The notes beneath the pieces are model-generated. The model ran no database searches and was not told where the DNA came from. It was given only the letters and a program-made list of their open reading frames with translations. A stretch of 64,000 bases of DNA from Phaeosaccion multiseriatum (Eukaryota; Protista; Ochrophyta, other classes), in assembly GCA_965112735.1 (NCBI GenBank), contig OZ218951.1:744001-808000 (forward strand). Direction: 5' to 3'. Below, one piece after another: positions 1 through 11,500 of the stretch (positions are counted from its first letter, which is position 1; each line of letters opens with the position of its first letter). The position numbers and the translations under genes were made by a program.

Positions 1-73
1 GCGGTGTTGTGGCGGAGCTTGAACATGATTCGAAGGGTGGGGTGGTCTCTCGGGTGTGCGGTAGGTAGCCCAG

Positions 74-1113
74 GCAGCTCTATGGTCTCATCTCAATGAC
101 TTCCGACTTTGAAAACGCTCAGGTACCCCCGCTGCTGCTGGAGTGCATGGGGTTTCTAGACGGACATGGGCTGTATGTACCCGGGCTGTTTCGAGTCCCG
201 GGCAACAGCGAAGTCGTGAGCGAGCTCAGGAGGGCATTCGACGCTGGGGTAAGTGGAGACGGAGGGAGGGATCCATGGGAGGGGAGAGTGGGGTCGGAAA
301 CCCTTGTGTGTTTGTTTAGGGTTGGGGTTGGGGTTGGGATCAAGAATAGAGAATAGAGTGGTGTCTGACTACTCTTGCCCCGCAACCCCGCGCCCGCCTT
401 CGTTGTTCGCTTTTCTCCCCTCTCTTCACTGCACCTCGACCACTACCACCCCTATCCGAAACTGCGTCTGGCGCACCCCCCGAAACCACCCCAACCCACC
501 CCCCGAAACCACCTGAAACCACAAACTTCAGGACGACATCGACTTCATCGAAGCCACTCACAGCGTGCACGACGTCGCTGCGCTGCTCAAGATGTTCTTT
601 CGGGAGCTTCCAGAGCCCATCATCCCCTTTGAGCACTACCACACTCTGCTCGAGGCCTCCAGGAGCCTCTCCCACTCCACCTCCACATCGTCGCCATCTG
701 CTGCTACTACTGCTACTACTTCTAGTGGTGGTGCTGCTGCTTCTTCTGCTACTGCTCCTGCTGCCACGGATGATGCGGCGGCATTGGAAAAGTTTCAAAG
801 CATCGCTCGGGCAGCCCTCACCAGCAGCACCTTCCCCAGCATCAACCTGCACTGCCTCCGTCTGCTCTTCGCCTTCCTCTACCGGGTCAATTTGTGCTCC
901 AGAGACAACCGCATGACTGCAGAGAACCTGGGCATTTGCTTCGCCCCGAATCTGCTCCGGGCCCCCAACTCGTCCGATTTGAGTCAGAGTCAGTTTACGG
1001 ACCTGCAGAACTTGCAGGACTGCATCAACGCGGTGAAGCTCGTCATTGAGTCAGCCCCGCAGATCTTCCCCGACTTGTGGCAAGGCTATCCGTGCAGCCC
1101 CCCCAAGGACTGA
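74..1113 (+). CDS. Rho GTPase-activating protein (RhoGAP domain), 3' part; exons ~74-248 and 532-1113
   Basis: VPPLLLECMGFL..GL.VPGLFRVPG (arginine finger), HDVAALLKMFFRELPEPIIP, NRMTAENLGICFAPNLL. Phase-0 GT..AG intron 249-531 keeps the frame. The 5' end is probably outside the window. Confidence 0.9.
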
Positions 1114-1145
1114 GCTGAGCTGAGCTGAGCTGAGCTGAGCTTAGC
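1111..1145 (+). repeat. (TGAGC)n pentanucleotide microsatellite starting at the RhoGAP stop codon
   Basis: Six perfect TGAGC units followed by TTAGC. Confidence 0.9.
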
Positions 1146-2321
1146 AAAGGACTGATGCCGTCCGCGCAACAAGTACACATGTGTGTGTGTGTACGGTGCC
1201 GATGTGCTCTGCTATGTGCGGCACAGTACAGTACTGTCCAGTACAGCCTGCGCTTCTTACGGAGATTTGGTGTATTTGCACCTGCAGGGGGTGGGGGGGG
1301 GGGGTGGGGCGACGTACAGAGTGAGTGCGGTGCTTTGCCTCACCACACCGGAGAGAGAGAGAGAGGGGCTGTTCCGCGTACGACAGGCTTTTCTACTCTG
1401 GCCTCTTGCTGCTTTGGGAGGGGGGAGTCGAGATGCAGGGCGCTGTAAGTACCCTTCCTCCCTTGGCTCCCTTGGAACTTCGACGCACCGCATCTTTGCA
1501 CGACTTTTGACACTCGCGCTGTGACTGTGCGAGAGTGCAGTAACGACAACCCCCGAGGTGCGCGAGTGGTGTGCGGTGTGCGGTGTCGACGAGGGGGGGG
1601 GGGGTAGACTGACGCACGACTTTACTTGTGCGCGTGGAGCGGATCCGTCTTTTGTCTTTTTCCTTTCGGATGATGGAGCAAGGCAAGCGGACACCTCCAG
1701 CGAAGCGAACGAACGGAGTTTCAGTTTCAGTTTTCAGCTTGACATCATCCTAGTCAGAGGAGCCCAGAGAGGTCAGCATGAGAGCGTGAGCTCAGGTATG
1801 CATCTCCCGCCTCGCTTCGAACCAAGTTCCCACCGCCCCAGGGCCAGGACTGGCATCTACCGCGGTACCGCCCTAGCGGCCTACCACACCGGCTGCTACT
1901 AGTAGTACTACTACTGCTGCTGCTGCTACTCCTCATGCTCTGGCTGAGATGTTGGCCGAGAGGACGGGCAACGCAGCGAACGTACCCTCCCTGGCTGGGC
2001 ACAGTCCAAGGCGGCTGCGCAGACACCACTTATCCCACTTGGCTCACAGTGTGGCCCAACCGGGCAGCGGTGGAGAGGTAGAGAGGAAGGACATGTCTAC
2101 AGCAGAGTGCTGGAGAGTAGAGAGGAGAGAAAGCAGACAGGAGCTTCTTCTCTTTTGTCTCCACACCCTCCCCGAGCATGTGCCCATGACAGTTTGAGTT
2201 TGATGAAAACCAACAGCATTGGAGGGGAGTCGAGGCGGCACTTGCATGCACGCTGCACGAGCGTGAGTGCGCTGTGGAAAAGTCGAAAGTCGACTCCCCT
2301 CCCGGGCCAGCATCTTTGGCA

Positions 2322-2496
2322 CTGTGCCCTTGGGATCGGGTAGTTACATGGGCCTGTGCCCCTTGTGATCGGATAGTTACATGGGCCCTCCCTCCCTCCG
2401 TCCCGTGGCGGCATCGCACGTGAAGATGACTCAGTCGACGATGCTTCTTTCTGTAGATACTCGACTCAGTCGACGAAGCTTCCTTTCTGTAGATAC
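2322..2496. repeat. Two adjacent short tandem duplications (~33 bp x2 and ~36 bp x2)
   Basis: tgtgccc(c)ttg.gatcgg.tagttacatgggcc occurs twice; gactcagtcgacga.gcttc(c)tttctgtagatac occurs twice. Confidence 0.75.
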
Positions 2497-2728
2497 ATGT
2501 ACGAGAAGAGATACGAGAGCGAAGGCTCGGAGAGTCTCATGACAAGGGAGGGGGGCTTTCCTTCATTAACTTATGCTTATGTTCATTAACTTATCGATGC
2601 TACACTCTTATCTCTTGTCTTTCAAGCAGGTTTTCTAAGCTCCGCTGGCTCACCCCCTTGGTAATTTGTATTGTAGTAAGTACCATGCACTGTCAACCCA
2701 AGCCACAGTCAGGCGGGCAGACAGGCAC

Positions 2729-4812
2729 TTAGCTCGACGACAGCCTCGCCCCCACGGACGCCACACACCCACTTGCCACAGAGATACCAATGAGAGGGAG
2801 GAGGTCGTCGAAGCTCTGGCCGTTGCTGTACGCGCCCTTCTTGTAGATGGCGTTGAAGCTGAGAGAGCCCAGCACCACAAAGAGAGAGGCAGGGAAGGCG
2901 CCCTCACACAAGGACGGAGGCACCGCTCTCCTCTTGCTCAGCAGCCGAGCAGCCAGGGTGAAGAGGATCAGGCCTCCCAGGATTAGCGGTCTGCGGAGGG
3001 GGACAGAGGAAGGAGGAGGAGGAGGAGGAGGAGGAGGGGGAGGAGGAGGAGGAGGGGGGGGAGGAGGAGGGGGAGGAGGGGGAGGGGGAGGAGGAGGAGC
3101 AGGAGGAGGAGGAGGAGGAGGAGGAGGAGGAGGAGGAGGAGGAGGAGGAGGAGGAGGAGGAGGAGGAGGAGGAGGAGGAGGAGGAGGAGGAAGGGGGGGT
3201 GCGGTGAGTGGGCACACAGAGGGGGGGGGCATAAGAGTGATCAGAGGGCAAGTTCAGTTCAGCGCGGGCGGGACATGCACTGCAGACTTGATTGGCACGT
3301 CAGTGGGGAGCTCCCCCCCCCCTCCCTCCCCCCTCCCTCCCCCCTCCCCGCTTGTCCTCCTCTCCGCACCCCTTCGACCGAACGGGAGCGCATCGAGGAC
3401 AACGCAAACGTATTGAGCGCAGTGCCATCATTCAGTCATTTGCTCTCTTCGTGCAGTCATTTGCTCTCATGTCCATCACATCGGACCACAACCAAAAGCA
3501 ACACAAAACGCAGCAAGTAACTCATGCACGCACTCACGCACACACGCACTCACAGGTTTTGTTGAACAAAGTCACTCTCCACCATGTCCGTAACGGCTTT
3601 CTTGGCGGCGCTTCCCGCCTTCTTGCCCCCCTGGGCCCCATCGTCAGCACCGTCTATCATTACGTAGTAGCTTGCTCCGACAGCGACGGCGGTGCCGAGA
3701 AGGGGCAGACTGAGCTTGCCTGTGCTGGCGGCGGCCTGGCCACAGTAAGCGATGGCACCAGACACGGCAGCGAGCATGACGAGAGGGATGAAGGCCTGCA
3801 CCCCCCCGGGGCGCTCCATGGCGGACTCGTAGATGTCTTGCACGGTGAGTGTGCCCACCAACGCGAATACCGCCGCTGAAGGGGTTGGGGGGAGGGAGAG
3901 TGGGAGGGAGGGGAGGGAGGGAGGGACGGGAGTGAGGGACGGGAGTGAGGGGAGGGGGGGAGGGAGGGAGTGAGGGAGAGAGCGAGGGAGAGAGCGAGGG
4001 AGGGGGTCGGGGGGACGAGGCGCCCTCGGTCCCTCATCCTACCTGGTACTGGTCCGACCGTGGTTCCGGGGGGGAGGACGTCCTGTCCCAGAGAGGAAGA
4101 TACTTGGAGGCGGAACATGAGGAAGCCGATGATGAGGCCTGTGAGCAGGGCAGGCAGCCACTCAGCCAGGAGGTCGCTGTTGGCGGGCTTTAGGTCCTGC
4201 AGGAGGAGCAGTGGGGTAGGTAGGTAAATGAGCAAAGACGAGAGGGGGGGGGGAGAGAGAGAAGGAGAGGAGACGGGGAAGAGGAGGGCAGGGAGAGAAG
4301 CGGTGGGGCGACGAAGAGGTGAGGGAGAACGGGCATGGTGGGGGGTGTGTAGCAGAGATCTTGTCCGGCGATGATTGTGATTTGTCGTCCCTTTTTGCCG
4401 TACGATGCAATACATTCAACGTAAGAGGCCATCAGTCACCGTCCCGGCGCTTCCAAAAGAAGCAAGCCCCCGTACTTACGGGCACGAGGGGTGGCACGAG
4501 GAAGCACACCACAGAGAGCAGAAACACAAGCATCAGCTTGCGCTCCGGCTGCATCTTCTCCATGTTGCCCGTCTGCGAGGAGGCCATTCAGGGACACGTA
4601 GTAGCAGCAGCAGTAGGTAGTACCAGCAGCACACAACAAACCGAGGGGGGGGAGGCAGTCGTAAGTGCTTGAGGGAAAAAAGGCGTGTGCATGCAAAGGG
4701 GGAGGGGCTCCTTCCTGCCTTCCTGCCTCTGTTGCCTTCGTCAGCTCACCAGAAAAGCCGCGCCCACGAAGAGCACTGCTGCCGCAAACGCCGCGGCGGC
4801 AAAGGCAAGCAT
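2729..4812 (-). CDS. Uncharacterised multi-pass membrane protein (~297 aa) with an internal duplicated domain; exons 4812-4750, 4572-4480, 4196-4043, 3875-3554, 2990-2729
   Basis: Five exons with GT..AG introns join in frame (894 nt), from MLAFAAAAFAAAVLFVGAAFL to ...VGARLSSS*. Many hydrophobic segments. Confidence 0.75.
3008..3192. repeat. (GGA)n microsatellite in an intron
   Basis: Long GGA tract that produces the spurious poly-P/G/S ORFs. Confidence 0.95.
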
Positions 4813-4988
4813 TGTCGCCTCGAGAAGAGAGAGGGGAGGGGAAGAGGGATTGAAGAGGGATCGATGGAAAGCAAAGGTATCGGCGGTGGGTTGCTAAAAG
4901 TCGCCTTCAAGTGGGGCCCCATCCGCCTTTTTTTTTATTTGAAAGGAGCGGCATGCCCCTCCGCCAACGAGAAGGGCTGGGGCTGCGT

Positions 4989-6638
4989 ATGATCCTTCGT
5001 GACCTCTTGCTGGCGGCAGTAGTTGCTGATCTCGCTGCCGGATTCAGCGTCACGCCATCCATTGGAAAGAGAGGAGGAGAAGTAGGAGGAAGATTTGTTC
5101 TCTCACCCGGAGCACGATCGCCACCACCGCTAGCGGGCCCTTTAGCAGCTGAGAGGCACTTGTGCGGTCGTAGTCATGGGGTTGGTGGTGGCGGTGGTCG
5201 AGTAAGCACCGCCAGTGGCGTTCAATTGTTCGTCGGTCAGCGAGTGATTGGAGTAGCTGAGGGGCCAGAAACGGGTGCCCGGCATGTCGGAGAAGAGGGG
5301 GAGAGGATTGATTTATTGTTCGAAGGAGGAGAAGGAGGGATAGAAGAAGAAGGCGAGGGTGTAGTGCAGATGCTGGTCAACTCGGTAACGCCTGTCAAAG
5401 AAGGAGAGGCAGATGGGACGGCCCTTTTAAACCTCGCCCTGCTCCTTGCGGCCGGGGGGTGGGCCCTTCATGTATTTACCACGGTCGATGCCAACCTATG
5501 GAGGGGGTGGACACCTGCGGAGATCATAATGAGGCTCCCCTACGACAATTGGGACTCGTATGAGGAGCGCCTGACCATGAACCCCATCCTAACTAAGACG
5601 GCCATCAACGTGTTCACGTACCTGGGTGAGTGAGTGAGTGAGTGAGTGAGTGAGTGAGTGGGGGCAGTAGAGCAGTAGGGGTGCCCTATGCCTTCCATTT
5701 CTAACCCGTGTCTTCTATCCTCTGCGGCCCTTGTTTGTCCGTGGGTCACAGTGGGCGACTGGATGGCGCAAGTGAACTGGGGCAGGAGCGAGGACCAGAG
5801 CTTGCTCGACTTTGACATGCAGCGGACACTGAGAAACGGTGAGTCAACCTGGCACGGGACAAAGTTCCCTCTATCCCTCTCTCTCCCTCTGTGGGTGTGT
5901 GTTTGTCTCTCTCTCCATCTGTCTCTCTCTTCTCTTTCTCTCTCTTCCCTCTCTCTGTCCCCTTTTCTCTCTGGTGGTGCGAGACAAAGAGGGGCGCTGT
6001 ATCCAATGTCTCAGTAGCGCTTCTTCTCTCCACTCCCCTCACCGACTCAAGACCCACCATAATCCCCCCCCTCCTCCCTCCCTCCCTCCCTCCCTCCACT
6101 CTTCCCCTTCGGCGTGACCGCAGGTTTAATGGCCCTTCTGTTCGGCCCAATCACCCACTACTACTACATGTTTTCGGATAGCATCTTACCCGTTGACATA
6201 CTCATCAACAAGCCCCTCAAGATCCTCATGGATCAGTCAGGCTACTTTGCGGCCAAGTGCGGGTCCTACATCTTCCTCTCCTCCCTCTTGCGTGGGGAGG
6301 GCACCGAGGCCGCTTTCGCACAAGTCAAGGAGCGACTCTGGAAGGTGTTGACCACGGGGTGGAAGTTTTGGCCCCTCGTACACATCCTAACCTACACCAT
6401 CATCCCTGCGAGGGAGCGGGTGCTGTGGGTGAGCTCGGTCGATTTGGTCTGGAGCAGCATCTTATCGTCTTTAGCTCTCAATGCTGCCAAGGATGAGGGC
6501 AGCAATGATGACAGTAGTGGTAGTAGCGAGGAGGAGAGCGACAGCCAAGAGGAGGAGGTAGCCGCAGTAGCAGCAACAGCAGCACCAGCACCAGGAGCAG
6601 CAGCAGCACCAGCGGTGGGGTCTGAACAGGTGAAATAG
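4989..6638 (+). CDS. Mpv17/PMP22 family membrane protein, probably plastid-targeted; exons 4989-5625, 5752-5838, 6124-6638
   Basis: NPILTKTAIN..TYLVGDWMAQ, FDMQRTLRNG, FGPITHYYY, KILMDQ, GWKFWPLVHILTYTIIP..RVLWVSSVDLVWSSILS. N-terminal signal peptide ends in AAG-F. Confidence 0.9.
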
Positions 6639-7480
6639 GAGAGAGCAGGGGGTATGCGCGACTAATCATGACACGCCCCTCCCCCTGTGGGAGTAGCGAC
6701 TCGGGAGCATTACTGCATTGCCGACGCCCTACGCCGCTGCAGGGAGGGAGAGAGAGAGAGAGGGCTTCCCCGACTGAGCCTTTGAGGAGAGACAGATATA
6801 CATCCACACAGAGAGAGGGAGAGAGAGAACGAGAGAGAGAGAGAGGGAGAGAGAGATGGAGAGAGAGAGAACGAGAGAGAGAGAGGGAGAGAGAGAGGGA
6901 GAGAGAGAGAACGAGAGAGAGATAGAAAGTGAGCTCTGAGCCTCTGGTCAGAGTTCGACCCACAACTCACAGCCTGGTCACGGCCTGGTCATCACGGCCT
7001 GGTCTGTCAGAGTTTGTCGGTTGTGGCGGCGTCTGGTGCGGTCCGAGGGCTATCGCGTGACTCCGTCGTGCTCTCTGTGCTCGGCCCTCGGGATGGATGG
7101 GTAGCGCCCCCTGTGGCTGGGGGGCCCTCTGCTTGCTAATGCTCTGCTGCCAGGGCTCTGCTGTCACGGATGATACAGGCCTATCCACGCCGAGAGAGAA
7201 AAGGAGGGAGGGAGGAGGGGAGAGAGAGGGAAAACGAAGAGAAGAGTGGGAGTGGGAGGGGGGGGGAGGTCGCGGCCCCACCCCACCGTGTATGTAAAAG
7301 GCCCTCGGTAGCGCTCACAAGACATCTTACGCCTCTGGAGCGGGAGGGGGGTGGGGCTTGGAGTGCACAAGGCGGCTTGCGATGTGCCTGGCAACAGAGG
7401 AGCAGGGCAGCGTCGAGTTACACAGTTACACATGAGGGGAAGCCATGTAACTGCCATGCTGTCGTACTGTTACTGTCAGT

Positions 7481-7680
7481 GTATGGCAGCATGGCAGCCT
7501 GACCTGGAAGCAATGGCTCTCAGCCTCTGGCAGCAGGACAGCCTGAGCAGCAAGCCAAGCATGGCAGCAGGACAGCAAGACAGCCTGACCAACAAGCAGG
7601 TATGGCAGCATGACAGCAGCATGACCGCAGCATGACCGCAGCATTACAGCAGCATGACCGCAGCATTACAGCAGCAGGCC
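7481..7680. repeat. Degenerate minisatellite of GCAGCATGAC(C/A)-like units
   Basis: Repeated atggcagc / gcagcatgacc / gcagcattaca units in intergenic DNA. Confidence 0.7.
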
Positions 7681-8545
7681 GACGCTCGTGCTGTCATCGC
7701 ACCTTGCCTGTTGTCGCGTCAGGCTGTCATGCTGCACTGCTTGGTCCGAAGAGGTAGCGTCGGGCGGAGGGAGGTAAGGAAAGGCAGGCGCTCCTCCTGT
7801 CCGGGTACATGTCTTGCCCCCATGTCATGGTACAAAACATGCGAAGCACACGATGCATACACACCGCAGATGGTGTGTGTTATTACGTAATTAGAGTAAG
7901 AGAGAGAGGGTGGTTTAGAGTAATGTAGACTAGAGAGTCGCGTGCTCGAGGGCACGTGCACAGCGATAAGAATAACTCACCTATGTATCATGCATGTATA
8001 CATGTATACATAAGACGAAGTATTATATAAATAAAGCTTCTGCTTGCGCCAAATCGCAAGGAAAAAGCACCTTGGCCCATGAGGAGTGAGGCTCCAAAGC
8101 AGCCACTGCCTCTGAGGGCCTCACGAGTGAGGTTATGGATCGCCACCGCTCTTCCCCACCTTCAGACCTTCCTTCGCTTCGGTTGGCCATTTTGCCTCAG
8201 GGCTGCGCCTGCCCAGCCTTCGAGCCGACCAAGTTTGACGACAGGCGTGTGTCGAGACAAGGCGCGGCAATAAGCATTGTATGATGCCTCAGCCCCATCA
8301 CGTCGAGGGAAAGGGTCCTCCCTCCTCTCGCGTCACCGCCTCCGCCGCCTTCCTTCTGTCCGAACCCCAGCTCGGAGTCAGCCCCCACGCGTTTGTATGT
8401 GTACACACATTCATGTATATTTTCGTCCAGAGAGCGCCAAGACGCAAGAGACGAGAGGCGATACACCCATATGCCCGCGCTCCGGACAACAGCAACGACC
8501 CCTGGCCGCGCCGGTAGAGAGTCCGACCGCCCTGTATCCGCCACG

Positions 8546-11500
8546 TCAGGGTCCCACGATGCTGCTGTAGTCGGCCTTCCCCTCCCCCCTCTCGTCCTCC
8601 TCGTCCTCCTCCTCCTCCTCGATGAGCACACTGAATAGCTGCACATCCTGCGGGTTGAGCAGGAGCTCGTCATGCTGCTCGTGCACGCTAACAAAGATGA
8701 CGCTCCAGAGGTGCTGCAGCATCCACTCTCGCGAATGCGTCACGGAGCACAGCTCAATCTTCCTCTCCCCAGCATCAGTCACAGCACCTGCATGCCCGGC
8801 ACTACTGCCCCTGCCCACTCCAGCCCCCGTTTGTGGCACTGCAACTGCAACCACCTCCTGTCGCTGATGTGGAGGCTGATGTCGTAGAGGGGAGAGAGAG
8901 GGGCGAGGTAACGAGTCCGCACTCAATGTGGGACCCGTGCTAAGTGGTGTCTGCCCAGCAATACCTGGTGTCTGCACAGCAGTAGCGACAGCGTCCGTGG
9001 CACCCGCGCTCTGGCCTGATGCCTCCCCACCTTGGCCCTCCTCACCCCCAACCCCACCCCCACCCTCGCCGCCGTCGTCGGAGCCAGCACTATCACCGCC
9101 ATTAGTGGCGGTGCTACTCCGACTGTGGTGCCGAAACAGCAGTGGCACCTGAGCATCCCATAGCTCTGACCGCACATCTGCCATTGCCGCATAAACGGTC
9201 ACGTCACTTTCCACGGCATCAAGCAGAGCCTCCTCTTCTTGGGCATCTATACCCAAGTGCAGCACCCGCAGATTTGCGCCGGACAGCCAACGCTGAGCCG
9301 CCTCGTCTAGAAAGGGAGCAATGACTCGCGTCAAAGGCCAAGACTGACTGAAGCTGAACCCGCTCACACCGCCGCCACTCGTTCCAGAACTGGTGTTGCC
9401 CGGAAGCTGAATAGAGACCCATGGGCCGTCCCCCCCTCCTTCACCTCCAGCAACCCCTACCGCAGTTGGTGATACAGCAGTAGCAGAAGCCCCAGGCGGC
9501 AATGGGGGCCGCGGAGGAAAAACCGACACCTGAGACGCCTCCCCTGCTGTATCACCAACACCTGAAGGAGGCGGGGGGAGGCTTGAAGAGTGTAGATCGA
9601 AGTGCCTTAGGCGAGTGAGGAGCTTGTGATGTTGCAGCACCGCCAGCACAAGGTGCGAGTTGGCGGCCAAGTCCGTGGCGAGGGCCGTGCCAATGCCCTC
9701 GAGCAGCAAAGTGCCCATCTGCAGATCAGGCTCCTGCTTCAACAAGAAGGCCTTAGAACGTGCGTGCGTGCGTGTGAGAGAGAGAGTCGGGGGGGGTGGG
9801 TGGGGGTCGATTAGGAGGAGACGGCGATTGCGAGTAACGGCGGCACACTTGCTACCTTCTCCGACGGTCTAACTAAAGGAACCGAGAGACTCAAACAATG
9901 CACTTCAAACAATCAATACTGCACAAAAGAGAAGAAGATAACAAATACATACAATTACCATTGCAAGTACATGTACAGGCAGTGAATACAATTGCCCTTC
10001 AATTGTATCCTACTCTGCATACCCTACCCTACCCTACACACCCTACGCCAGCCTACCTCGCTGCTGGTGACCTCGTCCAGTGCGTGGAGCAGGCCGTGGC
10101 TTGAAGCTCTACTGAGGTCCGTGCTCCACATGCACACGTTGCGGATGATGCTGCACGCCGCGGGTAGGAGGAACTGCAGGCATATAGGCAGGCAGGCAGG
10201 CAGGCATGGGCAATGGGTAGTATACGGCATACGGACAGGGAGGAAGACGGGCAGCACGGGGGAGGGAGGGGATGGGGAGAGGGGAGAGACGTAGTGGCGA
10301 AGGGGCGTGAAAAGGAGAGGGGTAGGTCGTGGTTAGGCTCGGAGATGCGTAGGAAGAGAAACACTCTTACCCCACCCTGACGCCGTGTGTAACCTAGCCT
10401 TTGGAGCCAATCTCCCCCTTCCTCTCCTCCCTCACTCTCCCCCCCTACCCTGACCCACCATCTGTCCTCACTCACTCACTCACCTCCAAGCTCTCCCCGC
10501 GCGAGAGAAGTATGTCCACGCACAGCTGCAGCAGCAAGTCCGCATAGGAGCCCCTGCCCTCCCCCTCTCTTCCCTGCTCTTCACCCCCAAGGAGGGTCCC
10601 CACACGAAACTCCCCATCCTCCAAATCATCATCCTCGAATCCCCCCGCATCGACCTCGCTGATGGCTCGAGTGAAGGTGGGGTCCGCGGTGAGCCTTCCC
10701 ACCAGATCCACGCACAGCTGCAGCATCCCCACATCCTCGCTAGACGCGCCGCATTCCTCTTCCATCGAGTCTATCGAGCTACCTCGCCGCCTCCGTCGCC
10801 GTCTTCGTCCACTGCCATCCCCCCCTTCACCACCGTCGGCGTCGAGATTAGACTCGTCAGACTCGGAGCTGTAATAAGTTCTTTCGGAGTCATAATCCTC
10901 ATCCGATTCTTGCCAATTCAAGTCTGACGCTGCCGTTTGTAGTATATCATCAACTGCCAATGGTAAACTCGCACCCGTCGCTCCAAAGAAGTGCGACCCC
11001 TTCCCCGTGCCTTGCTCGCCTTCTTCCCCTAGCGACTCTCGCACAGTGGCAGTAGCAACAGCACCACCAGCAACAGCAGACGAAGAAGACGACAAAGAAG
11101 GGGCCGCCGTGTGCCCAGACCTCTCGAGCCCAGACACCTGCTGCTGCTGCTGCTGCTGCTGCTGCCGACTGTCTCGTCGCTGCCGCCGTCGAAGTAGTCT
11201 GCGCTGCTCCCTCCCCGCTCTCCTCCTTCTTGTGTCCTCCCCCCTGAGGAGGGTGTCGGTGCACTTGTCCATACTCCAGGCCAGGGCACTGACGAGGCTC
11301 GACACCCTTGCTGCCGATACGCTGTCATCTGCTACCGCCTGCTCCTCCTCCTCCTCCTCCTCCTCTTGCCCTTCCTCGTCTTCTTCCGTTCTCCTCTCCT
11401 CCTCGTCCTCCTCCCCGTCCTCGCTATCTTCCTCGTCGGTGTCTCCCCCCACACCACTATATCCCTTCCTACCTCTTCGTCCGATCCTTCGCAGTCCGAC

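Noticed and set aside
2729-3416. Poly-Pro/Gly/Ser ORFs (also 20749-21939, 30952-32650, 34061-34956)
   Set aside because: They are translations of intronic (GGA)n, (GGGA)n and (CCT)n microsatellites.
6970-8500. Short ORFs between Mpv17 and HID1
   Set aside because: No recognisable domain or consistent exon chain; likely UTR or intergenic repeats.
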